64,000 nucleotides of DNA from assembly GCA_051942205.1 (NCBI GenBank), contig JAVECO010000018.1:62001-126000 (forward strand). Direction: 5' to 3'. Below, in pieces: positions 56,550 through 64,000 of the stretch (position 1 is its first letter; every line of letters begins with the position of its first letter). The notes under the pieces were generated by a model. The model was not told where the DNA came from. It was given only the letters and a program-made list of their open reading frames with translations, and ran no database searches. Origin of the DNA: Coniocarpon cinnabarinum (Eukaryota). The position numbers were made by a program, and so were the translations under genes.

Positions 56550-57980
56550 TCACCTCTTCCTCTTCTTCTCGTTTCCCTTGACACCATCGTCTCCTCTGCT
56601 ATCCATATCCTTTTCTTCCTCTTCACCCTGCTCCCCTCCCTCCTCCGGATCGAAGGTATTGCTGTCTGGATCCCTGACAGCTCCCGCAATCTTCTCAATC
56701 CCCTCCCGATCACCCTCGCGCGTCTCCACCAAATCCGAACTCACCCACCCCTCCGTAAACCCGCCCCCGAAATCAATCATCCACAGCTCCTCCTTCTCCG
56801 TCCCATCAACGAGGAAATTATCCGCCTTGGCATCACCCCAGGTGATACCGTGATCATGCAGACACTTGACCATATCCTTGCTGTCGGTGCCCCAGCGGTC
56901 GCGTTTGGAAGAGGGTATGCTGCTGTCGAACTTATGCGTCAGCGGGGTGGGATTGGGGATGAGTTGGAGGAGAAACCCGAAGATGGATGCGTGGGAGCCT
57001 GGGGTCGCGGGTGGAGCGATGAGACCTTCAAGCGCCGGAAAGCGGAGATTTTTCGTGCCTTTAGGATCCGAGGATTTGAGATTGGAGAGTTTATGGAGGA
57101 TCGAGAGTTCGCGCTCAACGGAGTGACGGGCGCCGTAGCCTGTAGGGACTAGCTTCAAAAAGTGTGTGGGCTCCAATGATGTGTCCTTGTCGCGCTGATC
57201 TTGAGGGGAGAGACGGACGAGCGTGGGGTGGATGGGCATGTGTATGTCTTCGCTCTCGGCAAGGACGAGGATGTCATCGGGTGAATAGAAGGGCGCGGCG
57301 GAGCGCAAGGATTTGGAGATGTTGAGCGAGTTCTGTAGGTTGTGGGCACGGAACTTATTCACGTCGAGGTCATCGTGTTCGTGCGCGGCGAGGTTCGTGG
57401 AATCCTTGAAAGCGCGCAGAGCATAGAAATGGAGGGGCGCGTTGATCCATTGTGCGAGGCTGACTGGGTGATCGCTCGTGGTGACTGAAGGCGTCTCAGG
57501 AAGTTTGGAGAAGTACGGCGTAATGGCTTCGAGCATCCAATTTTGCAGGGTCTGGTCGGCGTATTCATCCTGCGCGGGGTCTTGCTCTTGTTGCTTCCCA
57601 TTCGATTGACCACCTTTGCCGTCGCTGCTGCTGTAGCCACTGTCTTGCGAAGGTGACGTCTTGCGCTTCTTCGTAGCAGGCTGCTGCTCGTCGCCCTGTG
57701 CTTCATCCACAACTTGACCCATGACCTCCGCTTCCCTCCTCTGCTGTGCTTTGACTGCAGCATCTCGTAGTTGCTCATATCTATGCCGGAGAGACTCGGA
57801 AGTATTTTTGGGTTTCTGAGGCCCTAGATCCTCAGGTTTGATCGACAGAAAGAGCCAATTGCCTTTAGCTCTCACAAGGAGCTCAGCACCTCCATTTTCA
57901 TTTTTGTCAACAGCCAGGTTAAACTCTACGACGTTGCAACATGCATCTCGCTCATTCGTCGTCGCCGATTCACGAGGCAT
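56550..57980 (-). CDS. Fungal protein-kinase-like fold protein
   Basis: FLKL...RELSIL, LHDHGITWGDAKADNFLVD and WMIDFGGG.TEGWV; no typical Gly-rich loop. Confidence 0.8.
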   Translation of the reverse strand: MPRESATTNERDACCNVVEFNLAVDKNENGGAELLVRAKGNWLFLSIKPEDLGPQKPKNTSESLRHRYEQLRDAAVKAQQRREAEVMGQVVDEAQGDEQQPATKKRKTSPSQDSGYSSSDGKGGQSNGKQQEQDPAQDEYADQTLQNWMLEAITPYFSKLPETPSVTTSDHPVSLAQWINAPLHFYALRAFKDSTNLAAHEHDDLDVNKFRAHNLQNSLNISKSLRSAAPFYSPDDILVLAESEDIHMPIHPTLVRLSPQDQRDKDTSLEPTHFLKLVPTGYGARHSVERELSILHKLSNLKSSDPKGTKNLRFPALEGLIAPPATPGSHASIFGFLLQLIPNPTPLTHKFDSSIPSSKRDRWGTDSKDMVKCLHDHGITWGDAKADNFLVDGTEKEELWMIDFGGGFTEGWVSSDLVETREGDREGIEKIAGAVRDPDSNTFDPEEGGEQGEEEEKDMDSRGDDGVKGNEKKRKR

Positions 57981-58574
57981 GTCTAACAAAGCGCTGAACA
58001 AAGAAGCGATGGAAAGAAAAATGCACACAGGAGAGAAGACTCTTGATCGCGGACAAACGAGACGAGATGAATGAGACGCCCACAGCTTCCACCACCTCCA
58101 TACTAATGCTCCTCGACGCCAAATCTACGCGCTAGACACGCTTACTGTTCATCTTGATACAGCCCGTAAGCTATTTGCGACGAAAATGAGATCATAGATC
58201 GGACCATTTCCACGGGTGAAGCCAGGAACGGGTCTAGTGGCGATCTGGATGCGATCTGGCGACGCAGGGGAAGCGGGAGGAGCTGCTGGCCCATGCGCTA
58301 CCCATCGTAGGTGGCTCTTCGAGTCGGCAATGTACACAGGGCCTCTTCAATTTGCCGGACGCGTCTGCTGATATTGATTTGAGCTTGCTCAGCGTGCCGA
58401 AAGGGGTAAGCCCAATGGTGTAGATCTGTTTCTAAAGCGCGTGCGCTCACTTCAAGGCGATCCGCAGACACTTTTACCTCAGACGTTGAATCACTGGCCG
58501 TGACTTTTCACATTTGAACGTAGAACTTTTCAACTAAGAGAATGAGTGACGTGCAGCGGGGATCTGGCTTCACG

Positions 58575-59630
58575 TTACCAGCCGCCCCGTGGCGCTCTCT
58601 GCTCTTGTGCATTGCCGTCCCAGGACGCTTCTGGTGTATCGTACATCTGTTCAGCCCATGAGGACTTTTCACCGGCAGGGGTCATCGTGGCGCCATATGA
58701 GTCCGTCCGATTGATTGCGGGTTCCGTGTGAGCATTGCTGGTATCAAGCTTTGAGGTTGGTTGTTGGGCTCCTGCCCTGTGTGCGGAATCGTTGAGAGCA
58801 GGAAAGTCGCCGTCACTCGGAACAGATTGCGATTTTGTTGACGGCGCGGTCTGATGTGCGTTTCCACTTCCACCGCGAAAAGCACCACGACCTCTGCCTC
58901 GGCCACCTCTTGCGCCGCCGCGGATGGGATTCGGAGCGTCGGCTCTCATCGAATTGTCGGTGCTGTTGACGGTATATTGCGCGCTCTCGACGGCCGGGTC
59001 TCGCGCAACTCCACCGTGTGCGCCTCGCATTGGTCGTCTCTGAGGTCTGTCCACAATGTCGGCCTCCTGCTTAGAAACATCCCAATCACGCCCTTGTTGG
59101 GCTTGCATCTTGCGCTGGGCGTTTCGTTCTCGCTCGGTAAGCATCACTTGTCTGTTGACTCGATCTTGCTTCTGTCGCACTTTCAAAGCCGCCTCGTTGG
59201 CGCGAAAGGATTCTTCGTCTGCTTGAGATCGGGCATGGGCTTGCTCGAGCTCTGTGTTCTTGACCTTCATAGCTTGCATCTTGGCGTTCAACTCCTCTTC
59301 TGTCAACTTTGACTTTGCAGCACCACCAGTCGCTGTTCGATCCCCTCGCACGGTGGGCGCTTGAGATTTGCTCGTTTGCGGGCTTGCTGGATCACCCGTT
59401 TCAGTGGGATTCGTTCGACCAGCAGATGTCACGTGGCCTGATGGTTTTTGGTTATTCCTTGCGTCTTGTGGTCTTCGATGTGCATGTCTCTGCGATTGCG
59501 GCTGTGCTGATTTTTGTCGCGGTCCTGTGGGGATTATCGAGTCGGTAGCCTCCACTACAGGTTGCGCCAACGGAGTGAAATCGTCGCTAAAAAGATCTTC
59601 GGGGGGACGTGTTTGGGCAAAGGCTCCCAT
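58575..59630 (-). CDS. Hypothetical protein with coiled coil and RGG motifs
   Basis: DLFSDDF, VRGDRTATGG..KLTEEEL, helical region and RGGARGGRGRGRG. Confidence 0.78.
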   Translation of the reverse strand: MGAFAQTRPPEDLFSDDFTPLAQPVVEATDSIIPTGPRQKSAQPQSQRHAHRRPQDARNNQKPSGHVTSAGRTNPTETGDPASPQTSKSQAPTVRGDRTATGGAAKSKLTEEELNAKMQAMKVKNTELEQAHARSQADEESFRANEAALKVRQKQDRVNRQVMLTERERNAQRKMQAQQGRDWDVSKQEADIVDRPQRRPMRGAHGGVARDPAVESAQYTVNSTDNSMRADAPNPIRGGARGGRGRGRGAFRGGSGNAHQTAPSTKSQSVPSDGDFPALNDSAHRAGAQQPTSKLDTSNAHTEPAINRTDSYGATMTPAGEKSSWAEQMYDTPEASWDGNAQEQRAPRGGW

Positions 59631-60208
59631 ATCTGGGGTTTCAGTTGGTGGTGTAGCTTCCTCCCCGAAGGAGCCTGGTTCCTGCAGCTTGAATTTGCTC
59701 AGTGGGAGTACGTATGTGACATGACAGACAGTCATACATGTGCTGCTGGTACCGGTGGTGCCGATGCATATTTGGATGCTTCCATTGCTGATGGTCTATG
59801 ATACTTCCTTTAATGAATGGATCACGCGTATATAAAATAGGTACACTAGTACACAGGCGCAACACTCCTTTCACTGGCTGGTTGATTGTCTAGGACCCGG
59901 ACCTCATCGTCTACAAATAGACACAGCACCTGCGGGCGGCCATGCGGCGGAATGAAATGCGACCCTGCCGCGAAGATAGTGACTTGGAGTGATACTCGGC
60001 GTGAGTGTGTCTATTGTATCAAAGTATTCGTCACTCTTTTCTCAACCGAGGATTAGAAGAAGCAAGGGCAAGTGCAATGGTACACTGCAATGCAAGTAAA
60101 AAAGCGTCTTTCTCTACCTTGATATCTTCCTTTGCAATGTCCATTATCTCGCCCGCAAAATAGCAAGTCGAATATTTCGTTAATAGTGGCTCGCCTTCTT
60201 GCCCCATT

Positions 60209-61894
60209 ATGCCTGACGTTTCCAGGCTGCCGACGTCGGAGGCTCCTCCCATGCTGAGTACCCCAGACACTAGAATATTTGAAGAAAATGTTTCACCAGA
60301 TTGCAGTCGAATCTCGCCAACTAGTGACAAGGAGCTGCACGATGTGTACGAGATCGAAAGGACCGCCGCAGAATTGTGGCAAGGCCAATGGACTCGCATT
60401 GCTTTGCAGTTCCCAGATCATCTACTCGTCGATGCACCCCGCGTTTCCCGGGCGCTGTCGCAACAGCTGCGAGATATAGCCATTTCAGACCAAGAACCAC
60501 CCACGGGGGATACTAATCGCATAAATACAGATGGTATCGTCAAACCTTCTCGTGCTACAAGATCAAGAATCTTCGTGCTCGCTGACACGTCTTATGGTGC
60601 ATGCTGCGTTGATGAAGTTGCCGCCGAGCATGCTGATGCTGATGTAGTGGTGCATTACGGCCGAGCTTGTTTATCGCCAACCACACGATTGCCGGTCGTC
60701 TACAGCTACACGCATCAGCCTTTTGCAAATGATGCCGCGATCAGAGCATTCTGTCAGAAGTATCCAGACCTTAACGAACGAGTCATCTTGATGGCGGATT
60801 TGCCATATCAATGGTGTCTGCAACGGCTTTCGGACGGATTGCAAAGCCTCGGGTATATCAACCTTTTCACCACATCAGTCGTCCAAGACGCGCAGTCGCC
60901 CTTGCCAAACCGGACGACCCCATCCAAGACGTCGAATGACTCACTGCAAAATTGGTCGCTGTACCATATTTCAGAGCCAACGCCCTCGCTGCTGCTGACA
61001 CTCGCATCCAGAGTGCGCTCAATTACATTCTACCCAATTGGCAACACAGCAACGCCTGTGCCGCAACAAGCGCTTGAAGCGACCACCGCAGCATCGCTCA
61101 GACGCCGCTATGCGCTCTTGACTTCCCTAGCGATAGTGCCCATTTTCGGCATTCTTGTCAACACCTTATCTGTACGAAACTACATGCAGATCTTGAGGCA
61201 CGTCAAGCACATCATCGCTGCTGCCGGAAAAGCAAGCTACACATTTGTTGTCGGGAAAGTCAACGCTGCTAAAGTCGCCAATTTCAGTGAAGTCGGCGGC
61301 TGGGTGGTGATAGGCTGTTGGGAGAGCAGTTTGTTTGAGGCAAAGGACTTTTGGAGGCCCATCATTACCCCATTTGAATTGGAACTCGCTTTGCAGAGGG
61401 ACGATCAACGTCAGTGGACTGGAGAATGGAGTAGTAACTACGAAGACTTGCTTCGAACTGAAAACACGCGCAAGCGGCCGGACAGACTCAAAGCTTCTGG
61501 AGAAACCTTCGACGATTCTCGGCAGCCGCGTGATTCGGAAGAGCTCGACCCGGAAGAAGAATCTGCGCCCCCAGAATATGACTTGCGAACCGGTCGCTAC
61601 GTGTCTCATGGTATAACCATGGGACAGGTGGTGTCTTTGAAAGACCAGGAAAGAGATGCGGCTGATGCTGAATCGTCGTCAAGTGTCACAAGGCGGCCTG
61701 AAGGCGATTTAATCCATGGTAATCACATCTCACCCGCTGCACAATACCTTCAAACGCAACGGACATGGCAGGGTCTTGGGAGTGACTTCAACAGCACGAG
61801 TCAAAGCGATTTGGCCACAGGTGCTGTGATAGAACAGGGTCGTCATGGTATTGCGAGAGGCTACCGTCATCAGCAGGATCCTACGCCACGGTGA
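60209..61894 (+). CDS. DPH2: Diphthamide biosynthesis protein 2
   Basis: IALQFPD.LL.DA, FVLADTSYGACCVDEVAAEH, VVHYGRACLSP, VGKVNAAKVANF and GRHGIARGY. Confidence 0.95.
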   Translation: MPDVSRLPTSEAPPMLSTPDTRIFEENVSPDCSRISPTSDKELHDVYEIERTAAELWQGQWTRIALQFPDHLLVDAPRVSRALSQQLRDIAISDQEPPTGDTNRINTDGIVKPSRATRSRIFVLADTSYGACCVDEVAAEHADADVVVHYGRACLSPTTRLPVVYSYTHQPFANDAAIRAFCQKYPDLNERVILMADLPYQWCLQRLSDGLQSLGYINLFTTSVVQDAQSPLPNRTTPSKTSNDSLQNWSLYHISEPTPSLLLTLASRVRSITFYPIGNTATPVPQQALEATTAASLRRRYALLTSLAIVPIFGILVNTLSVRNYMQILRHVKHIIAAAGKASYTFVVGKVNAAKVANFSEVGGWVVIGCWESSLFEAKDFWRPIITPFELELALQRDDQRQWTGEWSSNYEDLLRTENTRKRPDRLKASGETFDDSRQPRDSEELDPEEESAPPEYDLRTGRYVSHGITMGQVVSLKDQERDAADAESSSSVTRRPEGDLIHGNHISPAAQYLQTQRTWQGLGSDFNSTSQSDLATGAVIEQGRHGIARGYRHQQDPTPR

Positions 61895-63168
61895 AACTTG
61901 GACGGTGAGGTACAACAAACAACAGCATTTGAAACGCCATGTCGAAACCTAAATCTGCAAAAACCTTGTTGTGAATATGAGGGCGCAGCCACGCGTGCCA
62001 TTGGAACGACGTTTCACGGAGAGAAGTGAAAGCCATCGCCTCCGATATTCCGAGTCACATTGCAGACCCATTCCGCAAGCACTTCCTTGCTGCAGAAAAA
62101 GCCCCATCACCACCAAGTATCCGCGTTTCGTTTTTTGTCCAGATGCGCTCTGGCGCGCTTTCAGGTGGAAATGTTGGCTGTCAGTGATTGGACGTGGCCC
62201 CTGACGGGCTTTGCAGCACATGAAGCCTGTCGTCAGCGCTAGAGCGCGCAACTTTCCTTCTTCATTGTCGGCCAATCGTTCCCAGCAGATCCACACTACC
62301 GGGGAAGCCGGACGAGCTTAACGCTTCCTGACCTTTCTCTTCACGCCATTGCTGAATTGCGGTCATGAACGTCTGGTACAAGACCTGGAGCTAGAATGTT
62401 GGTGCTGTGTAAAGTCCACGGCAGCCATCAGGCACTTGCCTGCGGGTGTTCCAAAGCCCAGGCTTTGGGAAACTTTGTTTCTCGCGTCGCGACCGAGACC
62501 AGACCACCTCCCACCCCGCCTTCCTCCCCGCTGATTTCTAGCCCTTTTGAGGCACTGTTCTGGATGGAGGCAAATCGATAAATTTTTCAAATACTCGCAT
62601 GACGACGACGTATTAACTGCTAGGGTCATGTCGGCAGTACTGAAACCATTACATCCTGCTATGTGAGCAGCAAGCAAACTCAATAATCCAAAGTCTAAAC
62701 TTAGACATTCGCGGGAAATGGCTTCGAACAAACGCGGAGCCGTCGACGAGATTGGACTCCTGGCGTCATCTTCATGTGCAGCGAACGTGACGGGAACCTA
62801 ATCCCATTGTATCTGGGCCAACCGCAAGCGAGAACCGTCTGCCATTGCTGCTGGAAACGTTCTCCGCCTCGACCCAATGCATATACCCACTGCTGCTCCC
62901 TTTCCCATCCGGCCTTTATCTTCCAAGATAATCACATCAATAGCCTTGCCCCCTGTCCGGCTCCGTCAAGTCTCCACTTCCGAAGACTTCATCATTCCCC
63001 GTCTCAAATGTTAAGCTTAATACCTGGATACTCGCACGTTGGAGTGAATGCGTACCTGGCCACCCACACAAGCACTCAATGCAACGCTGTTAAGCATGCT
63101 CAAACTGACGTTCCGTCGAGAATAAGCCAGCCCTACCTGAGCATACCTGGAGCTGGGTCCTGGGGCCA

Positions 63169-64000
63169 ATGGCGGGAGGAATACATCCTCCACCATCGGT
63201 TTTAGCGAGTTGGCCCAGACCCAACTACACCCATCCGGTCACCAGAGACTATGGTCTCGTCGTGCTGGCCTCGGTGCTTGGATTCTTCACTCTTTTGACG
63301 ATACTCCTTCGCTTATGGACGCGTGCGTTCGTTACAAAGAATTTTGGGAGCGATGACTGGGTCATGATCGCTGCAACTGTATGTCGAATCAGCCATCACT
63401 GGATGATCGCATTACGTGTGACTGATGATCGCAATAGCCAATGGCGCTGGGCCTTGCCGTTGCTGTCTGTCTCGGTATGAAGATGCTTTTCCTGTGCTTT
63501 ACGGTGCTGCAAGCTCACATTCAGCAGCGTCCAAGGTCTATTACTTTGACCGTCATACGTGGGATGTGCCACCTCGAAAAGGCCTTGCCCAGACGCGCCA
63601 GGTACGCAATCGTGTTGCGACGCGAGACGACTGATTGATTGAGGTGCTCACATGAATGCGCCAGATTACGTTCGCCATCGAGTTCCTCTACATCTACGCT
63701 GCTGGTTTCATCAAGATCAGCATTCTTTTATTCTACAGACGGATCAGCAGCAGCGTCTTATCAAGAGCTGGCGCGTCGATCATATGGGGCATGATCGCAT
63801 TCGTCGTCGGTTACATAATAACCTTTACCTGTACGCTCGTTTTCACCTGCTCGCCTATCCCAGCGTTCTGGCTTCAAGTTGATCCGTTTTGGGCGCCCAC
63901 ACACTCCTATCATTGCACAGATGACGCACCAACCATCATTGCCTCGGCCGCCGTCTCTGTGGTTCAGGATTTCCTTGTTGCCGGACTTCCTACAATTTTC
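63169..64000 (+). CDS. PTH11-like/fungal rhodopsin-domain integral membrane protein, 3' partial
   Basis: SWPRPNY..P, LRLWTR....NFGSDDW, DRHTWDVP, IKISILLFYRRI, C.P..AFW and QDFLVAGLP; introns near 63379, 63475 and 63602. Confidence 0.88.

Noticed and set aside
58395..58510. RNase MRP/P-like motif (minus strand ...CATTGGGCTTACCCC)
   Set aside because: No matching upstream P4 partner (GAAAGTCCCC-like) at a sensible distance; too short to support.

Overview
Eukaryotic DNA from a gene-dense filamentous ascomycete (Pezizomycotina-type), with mostly short (40-100 nt) GT-AG introns. About 30 protein genes can be reconstructed. Most are housekeeping: ECM31/panB, ATG12, RRD1, LSB5, CAP1, an AlkB dioxygenase, CDK1, rsm1-like, MET22, MRPL6, KAR5, CTR86/ataxin-10, PPC89-like, an AZUL-HECT ligase and DPH2. 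There is also an accessory trio of multicopper oxidase, APC permease and amidase. No rRNA, tRNA, CRISPR array or transposase/reverse transcriptase could be supported. The stand-out feature is a ~4.5 kb module at ~2320-6800. It contains an intronless orphan gene (N-terminal hydrophobic segments, nine 19-aa helical repeats, C-terminal CCHC zinc knuckle) between two different tandem arrays. The upstream array has ~144-bp units with a RIP-mutated core; the downstream array has ~111-bp units. Each array carries a conserved dyad motif. Other oddities: overlapping stop codons of ECM31 and ATG12, an unannotated Cys-rich microprotein, an HMG-box-like insert in CTR86, a possible GUG-initiated presequence on MET22, and a micro-exon-encoded AZUL domain. 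All exon models were built by eye and are unverified by transcript data.
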